From Lama guanicoe (lineage: Eukaryota), in the NCBI GenBank assembly GCA_013239625.1, contig MU054117.1, positions 312,001 through 376,000 on the forward strand: a DNA stretch of 64,000 nt. Reading direction: 5' to 3'. The notes under the pieces were generated by a model. That model ran no database searches. It saw only the letters and a program-made list of their open reading frames with translations, and was not told the origin of the DNA. Every line of letters starts with the position of its first letter. Position 1 is the first letter of the stretch. Positions 39,291 through 52,900 of the stretch are shown in pieces. Both the position numbers and the translations under genes were made by a program.

Positions 39291-40106
39291 CCAGGGCCTG
39301 GTGACCCCCGACCCCTTCCCCACAGGGGGCCGCTGGCCTGGCTGGGACGGGGCCACTGGGCAGGGTTGGGAGAGCCTGTTGGCCTCCACGCTCGCCGCCC
39401 CCCACCCCCCGCCCGGCTTCGCCTCACCTCGCATCGTGAGAGATGACGGGTTTTCGCACGACCCGACCTCGACCAGCCGGCGAGCCCGTGCGCACAGACC
39501 GTCCGAGCACGCGGCGCCCCCGGCCCCAGCCGCGCAGCTGGACAGAAGCCCGTTGGTAGCTCAGGGCCCGCTGGGCATCCGGGTGGGAGGACCAGCCCGC
39601 TCGGCCCTTCCGAGACCTCCTGGGCCCTGGGGTCCAGGGCAGAAGAAAGGGGCAGGGCTGGGGGGGTGGAGCGGGGCCGGGGTGGGTGCCCCCGCAGTAT
39701 CAGGCCACACTGATGTCCGGCGGCGAGAACAAACTGGGTGCTTTAAAGGAGGAAAACGCCATGTTGAATGTGGCCCGAGGACACGAATTCTGGAAGAAAG
39801 GGCTGAGAGAAGGAAATTTCGGGTGAAAGGCCAGTTAGGAGTCAGGGAACTGGAGGGAGGGGTGGGGGAGCACAGCAGGGCTTGGCGGGGAGGCAACTTT
39901 CTAAAGGAAGGGGGCCTGCGCCGTGACCGTCCAGGGCTGAGGGGACACACCGAGGCACCAGACGGGAGCTGCCCACCCCCCCCCACGACTGCAGACTGCC
40001 CCCCAGCATCAGAGCCGGGGTTGGGGGCACCCACCCTGTCTGCTTCCCCAGGAGACAGCCAGACACTCCGTGCTCAGACACGGATCAATTCCTCCTTAGA
40101 TTCTTA
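39076..40106 (+). repeat. Dispersed direct duplication, 174 bp (39076-39249) and 173 bp (39934-40106)
   Basis: gggctgaggggacacaccgagg...caattcctccttagattctta appears twice; the only difference I see is a C10 versus C9 run. Confidence 0.95.
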
Positions 40107-42479
40107 AATAGGAGAAACGTCCAGGAACCACGGGAAACGACACCAAATTTCCCAACGCGCTGCTTCCCAGGATCACGTTTTGAAAGAGGCCCCGGGTCTC
40201 AGTGTCTCAGAGCCGCAGCCTGGGGGGCTGCCGGGGGTGATGCACCCTCTGTTACCCCCTCCACTGTCTCGTGGCCCCTCGACTCCTGGGGCCCCCAGCC
40301 TCCTCTAAGCGGCTTCCCTGGGTCCCTGGTGCCCCTAGAATCCTGTCGGCAGTGCCCCCTCCTTCCACACACCCATCCTGAACAGGCCTGCCCCGGGGGC
40401 TCCCATCCGCTGGCTCAGGACCCCCGAGTGCCCCCAGCTCAGCCCCCAGCCCCGACCCTCTCTTTCCCTCCGTCCCCATGCCACCCCACTGCCGACTGTG
40501 TGGCCTCCTTCTACAGCTGGCGCTGCTGGGCTGGGCTAGACCCCTACAGAAGTTGAGTCCACGTTTAGAATCTTTAGGGCAACTTGAGTGATTCCATGTT
40601 TTAGAATCTTAAAAGATGTGGGCTTTTGTCTTTCTAAAAATCCTATTTTTCTAGTAATTATTTTTATTGTATTTTACAAAGTCCTTTGTCCACAGTGGAC
40701 TAGGGGGACCCTCCCTCACGGTGGAGACGCGGTCTGAGTCTCTGGGATCCTTTCTGCGCCCTGCCGAGTCGGTCCCGCCCCCCACCCCCCTCTGAGCCCC
40801 GCACCAGCTCGGACGGACGGCCACCCTTTCCCGTCCCACCTGCCAAGGATGGTCGTTCTCTAGCTCCAGCCTCCCCTCATGGGCCCCTGCAACCTTGCCT
40901 TTCGTGGTCCTGCGTGACACCCAGTTACAGCCCAGCCCTGGGCTGCAGCTGAAATCCGCGCCCCGCGCCCCATCTGGACGCTGCATCGCAGGGCCCAAAT
41001 CTGCGCTTCCTCACTGCCTCCTGCAGGCCTCCAGGACTAAGCCTGACACCAGCAGTGCCCAAACAGCTGGCTGCCGGAGGGGCTGCCTTTCCTCCCACCC
41101 ACCCTCTGAGAAGCAGAGGGCCCTCCCGCTGCTGCTTATTTGCCGGAAGAGGCTCTTCCTCTGCACTCTGGGCTTGACGCTCTCACCTGCTCGGCCAGCG
41201 CTTCCGCCTGTCTCCACGGCCCGACGTGCTGGCTCGGGGGCTGGTCTGCGGCCCCCCCTCCTGCCCACAGCAGCCCTTTCCCTGAGGCAGCCTCTGATCC
41301 TCAGTCCCCAGACTCCCCCTCCTGCACCTGCGAACAGGGAACAGGTGGGTTTGAACGGAGCCTGGCCCCCCTCCCCAGGCGGTCTGTTACTTGGGACCTA
41401 AAGTCAGACTGGGAGGGATTTGCTCAAGGCAACTTAGGGGGCAAGGGGAGACTCACCACCCGCGCAGAGGCACAGAGGTCAGGGAGGATGACAAATGAAA
41501 ACCAGGGCCCCGCTCCGACTCCTCCAGCTGCAGGTTTGTCTTTCAGGAGTGCAGCTCCCCTCTGCACGGATGGATACTTTGTCCATTTAGCAAGCGCTTC
41601 TGGGCAGGGGGTGGGGGTGCTGCAGGCTGGTTTGGCACCTTCCCTGTGCTTTGAAAGTCGTTACACCTGAGCTGCAAACTTGGGGGTGGAAAGGCTCCAG
41701 GGAGGAGTCATGGGTGCTGTTGGGCTTCCCTAGTGGCTCATCATGAAGGCCATCGGGGGCGGGGAGCGATCAGCCATGTGGGTCCCGACGCAGGGGGACC
41801 TTGCCACAAGGGTCAGCGTGGCACAGGCTTTGGCATCAGGGACCCAGGTTAAATTCCAGCTCCCAAGTTACTGGGACTTTAGACAAGTTATTTAACTCAG
41901 TGCTTTTCATCTGCAGAAAAGCTGGGCACCATACCCCGGGGTCGCTAGGGTCACAGGAGGCAGCGCAAAGAGGGTTTTGCCATTTGCACTCAGCTGCTTT
42001 TTGAACTGGGTGAACTTGTTACCACGCACTGGCTGTCTGACTTTAAAAAAGTCATCTAACTTCCCTGGTCCTGCTTCCTCCTCTATGAGATGAGACTTAC
42101 ACTTCGATGTAGAGAACTTAATACATCCCTTTCCCGGTGGGCAATGGACTGCTGGGTGGGGGGTGGGAGGTTCCCAGCAGCACCGAGGGACGGGTGGAGG
42201 CATTACAACAATCCAGGCAAGAGGTTAAAGGAGAGCCTGCATGCGGAGGGAAAGGGACGGAAGTGATTTCTGTGGAGAAGCAACAGGGCTGGTTGCTGAT
42301 TAAAGTTGGGGGGTGGACAGCAGGTACCAGGTTTACTCCAAGTTGGAGCATCAGGGGTGGCAGGTAAGAGACAGGAGGGAAGACAAGCTCAGCTGATGAC
42401 CTGCGTTTAAAGTGCAGCCAACAAAGCGGGCGTGGGAGTCTGCAAGAAAGGAGCTCCCTCCCCCTGCTGGGGTGCCCGC

Positions 42480-43055
42480 ACCACAGTCAGAGCCGCTGCA
42501 GGGATGCGGGGAAGGACCCTGGGGCTCTGCTGGTGGGGCTGAGGCGGTGCAGCCACTGTGGAAGACATGGCATCCCTCAAAAAGTTAAACGGAGTCACCT
42601 TACGACACAACAGCCCCACTCCTGGGGCTGAAAGCAGGGCCCGTGCACCCATGCTCACAGTAACGAAGGACCAACCCACGGGATGATGGATGAACACAAA
42701 GGAGGAAACTCAGACTCAAAAGGAAGGAGGTTCTGACACGTTACAACACAGATGCACCGTGAGGACACTGCTCAGTGACATGACCCAGACACAAAAGGAC
42801 CAGTCTTGTAGGTTCCACCCACGAGAGCCACCTGCAGCGGTGGGGACCAGGCAGAAGGGAGAACAGTGGCCACCAGGGGCGGGGAGGGTGGCAAGTTAAG
42901 TGTTTGATGGGGACAGTTTCAGTTTGGGATAAAACTTTCTGGAGGTGGATGGTGGCAGTTGCTGCTAACAATGTGAATAGACTTAATGCACCCAAATTGC
43001 ACACCTGAAAAAATGGCTCAAGTGGCCAAATGTGTGTGCTTTACCACCACAAAAA
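42480..43055 (+). mobile_element. Degenerate GC-shifted L1 3' fragment
   Basis: gcagccactgtggaagaca..tccctcaaaaagttaaac; gtgtttgatggggacagtttcagtttggga..tggatggtggc; taatgcac..aattgcacac. Confidence 0.7.
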
Positions 43056-44214
43056 AGGAAAGGAGGTGAGCACTGAGGCTAGTCTATCACATTTAAACGT
43101 GAATGGGAGGCACTGGAGGGCAGGGGAAGGTGATGGCATTAATGTACATTATAATCAAATGGTTAAGAAAGCGTTTTACATACAGACAAGGTGTAGGAAA
43201 TAAAATTGCAAATTGTTTGCTAATTGAAGGGTTAAAAACAAAATCACAAGAAGCAGCAGGTCAGATGGGTGTCAGCGTTGACAGTTTGGAAAGGGTGTCA
43301 GAGCTGAAGGGGGACATGTTGCCAGCCGCAGAGTGACAGCTGAGGTTACAGGTGAGAATGAAAGGCTGGAGGAGGAGGAGGGAGGGAGCCGGGAAGCCCT
43401 CCAGGGAGAGCAGCCCCAGGAGGCCCTGAGGGCTGTGAAGGGGAGTGGCCCAGGCGGCAGGTCCCAGCAGGCAGGGGCCAGACGGCAGGACGGCAGTAAA
43501 GACGCCAGTCTGCTGCAGAGTCCGATGCAGGCAGAGAGGGTCTCATCTGAGCAGTAAACTGACCACCAGTCACGGGAAGGAGGAGCAGGAGGAGGGAGGT
43601 GTGGCGGGCTTGGGGAGGGGACATTACCAGCAGAAAAGAAAAACAGGCAAAGACTGGGAAAAGCACACGGAAGCTGGAGGACCGTGGAAGGAGCCCCCAC
43701 TCAGGAGCAGGTGGGGTGGGCGGTGAGGACGGTCTCAGGACCCACCCCAACGGGGGCCCCAGGGTCTGACCCTAACGAGCCCCCCTCCGTGCGCTGGTTC
43801 TGGGCAGTGGCTGTCAATGCAACTGCATGGCAGTTACCAGGGAAACTCGGGAAGGTCCTGACGCCCAGGCTGCACCCCAGACCGAAGAAAATCCCCTGGG
43901 GGTCGGCCCCAGCAGCCTAGGCTGGCAGCTGCAGGCTTAGGGCGTTGCAAAGCCAAACCCAAGGCCACCAGAGTCTGCTGAATAAATCACAGCAGCAGCT
44001 CTGGGAGACCACAGGGAGTGAACGGGTGGACAGACAGCAGAAACAACACGACAGCAAGACGCCGGAGTGCCCAGCGGTCTCATGATGGGACAGGGAAGCA
44101 GAGGCAGGCGTTGGGGGCGGGGCCTGGAACAGAGCAACCTTCACAGCCAACAGCAGAGAGTGGGGCGAACCCAGCTTATCAGTGACACCGTCGTTGGGTC
44201 AGACCAGCCTACCT

Positions 44215-44350
44215 GAGGCCTGCAGCCCCCGACTCGTTTGCATCAGAACCACCAGGTATACATAGGTCGCCAAGACCCCATCTCTCTCTGATTCAGATTC
44301 AGAATCTGCATTTCTAACGACCCTCAGGGGACACCCAGAACCATTACTGG
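44215..44350. mobile_element. MER5-like hAT DNA transposon remnant
   Basis: gcatcagaaccacc..tctgattcag..agaatctgcatttctaac motifs. Confidence 0.5.
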
Positions 44351-46559
44351 GTCGCGGGACCACAAGGACCCCCGACTCCCGGGGAGTGCAGAGGCGGGGA
44401 CACGCAGGGCCCCTCCAAGCCAGTTCCATCCCTGCACTCCAGTGCCGTCTGTAGGTAACGGCCTTTCACATCGCACGGGTTTCTGGAGGTGAAATTTTCT
44501 CCATTCTCGTCACTTTAGTTCAGCCCGTGAGGAGCAGGGTGAAAGGGGAGGGACGGATTCAAGCCAGAATAAGGACTCAGAGAAAACTAGGCAGAGACCG
44601 AAGGGAACCAGCCGTCAACCCCCTCCGCCCGGAGTCCACCACCAGGAGGGAAGACGGCTGTCAGCCCAGCACCGCGTCCCTTCAGCTCGGTTCTGCTCCC
44701 TTTATTGCGCAGTCTGCAGGCGAAGCTGTATTTTTCCTTCGGTACCGCAGGTAACTACCGAGTGCCAGGCACACAGGGTATTTAATAAACACTGAGAACG
44801 GGATGGTGACTCGGGCTTCATCTTAGTTCTGGGGGCTGGGACGGATCCTTGCTTTCCTGCCAACTCAACTCCTTCCCAAAGCAAAAGACTTGGGTATAAC
44901 CCAAGGGACCGATTCCAGAGCTTTTAAAATTAACATCCAGCTCTAACTGGCTGGACTGATTATTTCGTCCTTGCCACTAGCTGTCCAGAACGAGGTTCAA
45001 TTCCAAGATTCCAGGAGCAGGCAATGCTGTTCTAGAAGCAAGGCCCCCCCAAGGCCCCTGAACTCACTCCCATGCCCCGGATGCAGGGGTTGCAGTTTCC
45101 ACACACAGCCAGGTCCAGGGCTCCCCAGCTGCCCTCTCAGCTAGCACCATGTAGTCCACCCACACTGAAGACTCCTGCCGGAACCACCGAAGGAAACCAG
45201 GAGCGAGCCTTGGAAGAGGGGGCACCAAAACAGACGCACAGGCTCCCCCTTTCAAAGCGCAAGGGAGGACCACGAGGCTGGGGGGAGACCGCCCGAGGGC
45301 CAGGGGACAGTGGACACCTGGAGGTCTGCCGCAGGCCATTCTCCTCTCCAGACTTTGGGGTGAAGTCGCCTCCAGGAGCCTGGCACTGGGTAACTGGTTA
45401 ATACGGTGAGAAGCACCTCATTTCAGTGAGTGCAGTGAGTATGCCGACTATGACACGAGGACCCCAAGCCCCAAGGGGACCTCCCAACCACAGGGACTGT
45501 CTGGAGACACACAATGGTAACGAGACGGCCTCTGGTTGTTTCCAAGCGTGAGGACGGAAGGTTCCTGCGGAACTTCAAGAGTAACCTTTATCGACAACTT
45601 GTGACCGGCTCCCTTCCTTTCCCCTAAACCTTGCCCTGCAGCTTTTGCACGCTCCAAGTTGAAGCAAGCAGCCCGGGGGTAGGATGATGTTGGTGTCAGG
45701 GTGGAAACCACGGTGGGGGGCTTAACAGCGGCTCTGAAAACAGGGCTGGATCAGCACCAGCCACTGACCAGGGCTTGGGAAACGGGCCTCTGGGAGGAGC
45801 TTGTTTTGGTCCCGTGGAGATACTGAGGGAGGCACCCTACGGGCAGGCACTCAGCTAGGTTCCTGCTGGAGACAGAGCGGCCATGGGACAGAGCTGCACG
45901 GCAGCGTGTGGTGAGGAATTCTCGCCACAACAGGAGGGTGCCGCTGGCAATTCCAGTCGGGAGTCAAGCTTTTCACATTTTCCAGGCTGTGATGCTTGAA
46001 GGTAATAAAGCTGCGTGGAGGACAGATTCGGAGCTGGGACACTTGTGGTGGAAGTTTTACTGGGAGACATTACTGACAAGGCCAGTTATTTGAAGATAAA
46101 ACCACCCAGGAATCTTGGTCTCAGAAGACAGCCGACTGATGATACAGCTCCTTTCTGTCCACGCCCTCTCCCCCAATGACAGACACCCTCCCAGGAACCC
46201 GGAGTGAGGACTGAACTGGGCAGGATGGAGAGCACTGGGAGGCTGGAAGCCCCTGCCCCTGGCCTCTCGTGGTCACAGGGGCTCCACCGTTTTCCCACCA
46301 ACTGCAGTTCGCCTGCGGCCCGGGTCCAGCATCTGGAGGGAGACCACAACCAGCGTAACCCGGGGGTCCGAGACGGTGCCGGCGCCAAGGGCTGGACGCT
46401 CAAGGAGGGTGAGACAGGCCTGGCTGGGCCGTTCCCTACAGCCCCCGTCCCCCAAACCAAGGTGATGGTACCAGGGGCCCAGTTCACCCCTGGGTCCTGA
46501 AAGGAGTCCGCCCCGAGGATAAAGTGACACAGACACACACAACACACACGTGTCAGAGC

Positions 46560-49500
46560 TGTGCTGTTATAAGAATGTGCTTTATACAAAATAACCAGTT
46601 CATATGGAAATAAATCTACAGACCTCCAGGGATCGAAAAGCTTCTTAAAAAGTTCTTTAAAAAAATTATCCAACACACAGTATCGAACTAACTCCTGAGG
46701 TAAGTGTGGCTCTCAGTGAAACAGGGAAACAGCAGACCAGACAAAACATACACGCTATAAAAATAAATAGCCCCCCTCCCAGTGCCGGCCAGGGAAGCTC
46801 ACGGGCCCCTGCGGCAGGGGGCCCAGCGCCCAGCGACGCGCTCCTGGACCCACCCGCCCTCTTCAGCGACGACACAGACAATCAGCTGGCTTGAGGCAAC
46901 TCTCCTTCAGCCCCCAGGGAGACGGGGGTAGACGCCTGCTCACCGTCTGCCGGCCCAGGACTGGAAAGCCCCGCGGGGAGGAGCAGCCGGGTGACAGGCA
47001 GGGCCAGCCCCACTCGAGGCACAGCAGGGAGGGCCCAGGCCCCAAGGACAGAGTGGTCCCAGCATCCCGGCCCCCGAGCAGGCCGGACTCTCTGGACCAG
47101 GCTCTGTCCTCTTCTCGGGGCTGCTGGGTTACGTTTTCTGAGGACTTTCCAATCAGGACTCGAGCGCATTGTGTAAATGTAGATCAGAACTTCCACTTAA
47201 AAAAAGCAAGAAAAATGCTGGGCCAGGCTGAGGCTGGGTGTCCTGGACCCAGAGGAACTGACAGGAGCGACGAGGCGGCAGGCCCACAGCCCAGGCCTGG
47301 GGGCCGGATGGCTGAGGTCTGAAGGTTTTCAATAAACGCGAGAGGAAGTCGGCCTTCTGAGAGGGTGGACCAGGGCTCCCGGGAAATGAGGTCCTGCCAA
47401 CAACAGGCACACCCCCCCCAAGGGGAGATGGACGCAGCGGCTTTAATTTCACTTTTCAAAGGAGGGACGGGAAAAGTTAAACGAAGGGGAACCTGCATAT
47501 TATGTCTCGATTCATTCTCCAAATGTATCTATCTCGATGAACTTCAGCCAACAGCTACTTTTCAAATGGACAGGCTCTGGGGGGGAAAAAGCCCTGGACA
47601 AAAATCTTCCCAAAGGCTCTGCTTGTCTCTGGATTTTTACTTCTGGGTCTTAGGGAAACGGTGTCTAACTCAACACTCTACCAAAGGGGAGCCGTGAATG
47701 TAACCCTCCTGGACACCTGACAGGGGCAGTGGTCCCAACAGGAGGGTCCTTCCAGCTGAGGGGACTTCCCAGCCCTCCCCACACACGACTTTCTTGTCAC
47801 AGCAAACCACAGCAGCGTCACTCCCTGGGGGAAGGCGGCTTGGGCGTCTGCGTGGGACACGGGAGAAGAAGGGCCCTGCGGGGGACAGCGGCCGCAGCCT
47901 GCCCTTCACAGACCAGCAGGGGCCCGGCCCTGCGGCCACAGGACGAGGCCTTGGTGCCCAGACCCCACGTGGACGCAGCCGGGCTCAGTGATGGGAGGCG
48001 CTGTGCTCACCTCTGCGCACACGTGGGAGGGAGGAGGCTGAGGGCTCCCCAACTCCTACACCGTTCCCAGCTTCTCTCTGGCAAAGGGGGGGGCAGGGGG
48101 GCGCCTGGGGCGAGGCCACCTCAGGGTGTGCGCACTGCGGCCAGACACCACCAGGGTGGAAGGAAAGGGCGAAACCACTGTGGCCCCCTCCCACCCCTGC
48201 CCCAGGCCTCTGGGCTCCAGACAGCGAGGAGCCCGCAGCCCCGCGCCCAAACCAGCTGCAAGTGAGGCGAGCGCTAGGGCCCGGAGCAGGGCTCGGGCCC
48301 GCCAGCCAGACGCATGGGCAGCAGAACGAGCACCCCCGCAGCTCAAGGACTGGCTGGCGCCCCGGCCTCCTGAACCACGTCGCGGCAGCGACACAGCTCT
48401 AACGAGACTAGGGGCAGCTGAGAGCACGGCCCCAAGCGCGCTCCACTCAACAGCACACCTAACTCGAGGACAAGCCACGCGTGTGTGTGTGTGGCGTCCC
48501 AGCCTTCAGCCCGGCCTCAGCCTCACCTCACGGCCCGGGGCCTGGGCTCTGCCCGGACAGGTGCACGCGCCTGGCTTGTTTCTTCTCCTACTGAAAGCAC
48601 AGTCCACTCCCACTCCACCCAGGACGCTGGGCCTGGACGGTGCGGTGCTCCTGGCCCCTCCCATGGCCGAACATACAAGAAGCAAGCACAGATCAAGGTT
48701 TATGGAGGCTTTTCTACTAACCACAGGCATGCTTTAGAACACGCTCATCTTTACAAAACCTGTCATTTCAGGGCACCTTCCTCGGTTCCTTTTTTTCCTT
48801 TGTGGGATATTCGTAAGTTTTAAACATATGAGGCCTAACTTTGGTGGTATCACAGCTAAAATCAAAGAATGCTAAGCAGGGAGAATCCAGTGTATTTCGT
48901 GTCTAAAACTGTAATAAAGTAATACTGTGAGACTGTCTCCTATCACAGACAGACAAGTGACTTCCAAGACCTGTTCCTGACAGCTATTTAAATCACCATG
49001 ACTTATTTTACTATGATTCACATAAAATGAGTAAGAACTATATATACCGAAATATTCCTAAATCTACAGAATAATTTTTCCTATTAAAAACTGTGCAGTT
49101 TCTTTATTGATACTAAACATATACAAACCTGAGTAGTCACTTCCACAAAATGTGATTCGTGCCAGAAAGCGGTGACGCCTTCCAGACCACAGGCCGGGCA
49201 GGGCTGTGACGGGGACGCATCATTGCACCTTCCAACAAGCAAGCACTCCAGTGATCCCAGTCCCTGATGCTGGTTTGCAACTACCTGCAGGGCAGCCGGC
49301 CAGCCAGGAGGAGCTCTGCTCTCAGACCAGGCCCTGGGCAGGCGAGAGGGCCGCCGTCTCTGGCCTGAGCTCCTGGGAGGTGTGGGCCCTGCAGCCACCC
49401 ACTCAGCTGACACAGCGGCCTTCCCTGCCTCCCATCCAGCTCCCCAGTGACAGGACTGTAAACAGGAGGGTCCTGCAGGGCTGTGTGCTCGCGGGTCAGA

Positions 49501-49914
49501 CTGCATGTCCCCCCCACCCCGCCCCACCTGCTTTATGTACAATACATTCACCACCAACAGAAATCATCTTAAAGGCAACATGAAAACTCTGTAAACTGGA
49601 CCCAGATCCACACATGTCACCACTACGAGCGTCCCTTCCCCAGTGTATACCTGAGAGTGGCTGCCCACGGCAGCCCCCAAGCACCGCCCCCAAGTTTAAT
49701 GGTTTTCCCTGAACCAGAGTCTCAGGGCCTGGAAACGCCACCCTGGGTCCAGCTCATCTGTTCTCCACGATGGGCCCAGGTCCTCAAGAGCTGGTGCATC
49801 AGCGAGGAGGGCGTGTCCAGGCTCCGGGACAGGAGCGGAGGTGGGGGGCCGTGACCCGGATCTCCATGCTGGTCGTGTGCAGTTTCCTTTCTTGGGGGTT
49901 ACTTCCTCCTTGGA
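46560..49914 (-). other. CECR2: CECR2 3'UTR (extent inferred)
   Basis: Follows the stop codon. Candidate signals are AATAAA at 49103-49108 and TATAAA at 46581-46586, the latter with a GU-rich downstream element. Confidence 0.55.
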
Positions 49915-52900
49915 CTAGCTCTGAGGCAAGCAAAATAGAGGCAATTAAAAAAAATTAACACGTGTTAACTGTTAAGAATGAAACCAAGGAGCTGTCTGTA
50001 CCCCCTCCGTCTGGGAGAACTAGTTCATCGGTCACACGAGCCTGGGCTCTTGTGTTCTGGCCCCTGGACCAGCCCCCCAGCTCTCCCAGGGAGCGAGGAA
50101 GACGCCAAGGGCAGGCAGGGGGTGAGAGGAGACGCAGCACAAGGGACTCAAACCCAAAACCCAAAGAAACGCCGGCAGCCAGCTTGGGAGAAGGAGGGTG
50201 CGGCCAGCCCCACACAGCTGGTACCACAAGGAAGGGAGGAGGGGACAGGTGGGGATGGAGGATGCCCCTCCCCAGGGCGCCGCCCGCCCGGGCCCCAAGA
50301 CTAAAGCACCACCCAGTGGAAGCTCCTGCACCAACAGCCACGAACTCAAGCACGTGGAGGATGCAGAGACGCCCTCAGCATGGATCACCCTGACCTGATC
50401 AAGAGGGAGTGCGGGTGGCTTGTGTGGGGGCAGCTCCTCCTGCGACACCGCGGCTGCCGGCGTCTTTGGGAAGGAGGGCCGTGGCTGCGCCGGGTGCACC
50501 TGCATCCTGGAGGGACACATGCTGATTAGGAAGGAGAAGTCCTGGATCACGACAACCTCCTGCAGACGCTGCCTTAATTACCCCGCACCGGGAACCACCA
50601 GGACTGGGGCAGACACATATGCTCCAGGTGTGGCGCAGCCGCGTCCAACCCAGGTGTTAGCCTGACTCGGCAGGAAGTGAGAAGAACCCAGGGCCTGGGG
50701 CACTCTCACGGGAGAACTGGCTCGAGTCTTTGAGAAGCCAAAGAAAGGAAAACCAAGAGTGTACATTAAGAGACGACTCAGATGCCACAACCACGTGTGA
50801 GCCGTGACCCTGGATGGGGACCCAGGAGGCAGCAGCTGTGAGAACATGTCAGGACGACTCCCAGCAGGGGCAGCCGAGGCTGCTGCCCTGGCCGCGCTCC
50901 GGGGAGCGGCACACCTGACCCCGGGACCCAGCTTGTCTGCAACCCACTCTCTACCGGCTTCGAATACAAGGCCAAGACACGACACGGAGCATGCTCAGAG
51001 ACGTACACACACACACGGCCAGCGCTAAACGCGGCAGGCCTGGGGGAAGGCTGAGGCTCAGGGAGGGGCGCCGAGGCTCTAGAGCCCACGATTAGGCTTC
51101 AGAACGTCAGCACAGAGCAACTCCACCAACCAGCTTTGGTATGTTACTGACTTGAAAACACCTGCCCTTTTCTCGGGAGACAGCACTGAGGCCCCTTACC
51201 CAGACGGTCTGTACATTTCCTGGAAAGACGCCCTCATTCCACTTCCCGAGCCGATCTGCTCCATCATCGCAGCCTGAAAGCGACCGAGGCCCTCTTCCGG
51301 GCAGCGGTAGCCAGGGCACTCCGGGGGGAGGCCGTTGGGCTGGGCAGCCGCCGGGTGGTGAGGCGGGGGGGGCGCCACGGGGGAGGAGTAGGCGCCGGGC
51401 TGGAAATGGCCGGCCGGCCGCGGGGGAAGGTAAGGAGGTGCCGTCTGGAGCATCACGCCCTGCGGTGGGAAAGCGGACGAGCCGAACCCCACGCCCGAGC
51501 TCAGTGCTGGAGTGGGCGTTCCGTAAAGATACTCGCCGGCTGACAGTGAACCCTGTCGCTTGGCAGCCGCGTTGTGGTTGTCCAGGTCTAAGAACTCTTT
51601 GGGACTCTCGGGCCTCTCCACAGACTCATCCGGCTTCTCCTCCTCGGAGCCAGGGTTCTGCCCCTCAGCCGGGGCCGTCTTGGCAGCCACCGCGTGCACG
51701 CGGGTCGGGGGGGTTAAGGCAGCGCTCAGCGCCTCACAGCCCTGCAGACCGGCCGCGGCGCTCTTATCCGAGAAGAGGGCCCCGCTCGGGCTTCCTGGGG
51801 CGGGGAGGGGTCTCTGCCAGTCGTGGAGGCCCTGTGGGCAGGAGTAGTAGGTACGCGGGTAGTGGCGGTAGGAGGGCTGTGGCGCAGGCTGGTAGGGGAA
51901 CCTCAGCGCCTGGTGGGGGCGGTACCGGGGAAAGACTCCAGAATGAGGGTCGTGAGACTGGAACGCGCGAGGGGGGAAAGGCTGAGGGGGCGGGGCGGGG
52001 GGCTTGCCCCCCATCACAGGGCCCAAAGCCTGCAGGCCGGGGCTGATGTGGTATCGCGCGGCTGAGCTGGGGTACTCCAGGCCGGGCACGTACAGCGGGG
52101 AGCAGGCGGGGTCTGCACCGGGCGGCACAGCCTCCTTCAGTGCCCGGCCCCTGGGGCAGAGAGGCTCTTCTGAAGCACCTCCACGAAGGCCCTTGCCCTC
52201 TGACCCGCATGGCGAGGCTTCCACCCTCACTCCGTTTTCGGGCAGTGACCCCTGGTCGGCCAGGGTGCAGCCTGGGGCAGCGGGGCTGGCGAAGCTGCCC
52301 CCCGATGGCCAGGTGTTCCTGCCCGTGCTCCCTTTACAGCTGCCTCCAGGCTCCCCCAGCTCGCCTCTGAGCTCGGGGGCCTCCGAGTCCCTTCCCCGGG
52401 GTGAGCTCCGCCGGGCACAGTCGGTCTGCAGGGGGGGTGTGGGGTGAGGTAGCTGTTTGAGGAACACCCCCTCCAAAGCACCGACGCTCGCTGGTTTCTC
52501 CTCCAGCCCAGGCAAGGGGTCTGCTGCAAGAAAAACCAGACAAAACCGCAATTCAGGAGCCGAAATGACAGCACACGACAGACAGGTGGTCAGATGTTGT
52601 GCACGCAGGGTGACCCTGACACACTCCCTCACAGGACGAGGGGGACGCCTGCAGCCCCTGTAAAGTCTGCCAAGGAGCGGCAACATCCTTCCCGGACCCG
52701 AGCCCATGGCCCCAAGGGGGTGCACGTGACACAGGGTGCTGGAGGCACAGGCCTGCCTGGGAAGCGCTGCCTGCCACACTGAGAAGGACCAGGGCACGGC
52801 GGACACGCGGGGAAGGCCAGTCCCCGGCTCTGCGAGTGAGGACACCAGCCCCAAGGGAGCAGGGACCTGGTTCTGATTTCCATCATGCTTAGTGCTTGCA

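Noticed and set aside
39424..39450. Possible SLC25A18 start-exon remnant (minus strand atctctcacgatgcgag|gtgagg)
   Set aside because: Good donor, but the match to MTHQDLS is too short and degenerate to support.
39301..40107. 268-aa ORF over the duplicated segment
   Set aside because: GC-rich low-complexity translation antisense to the pseudogene; no domain.
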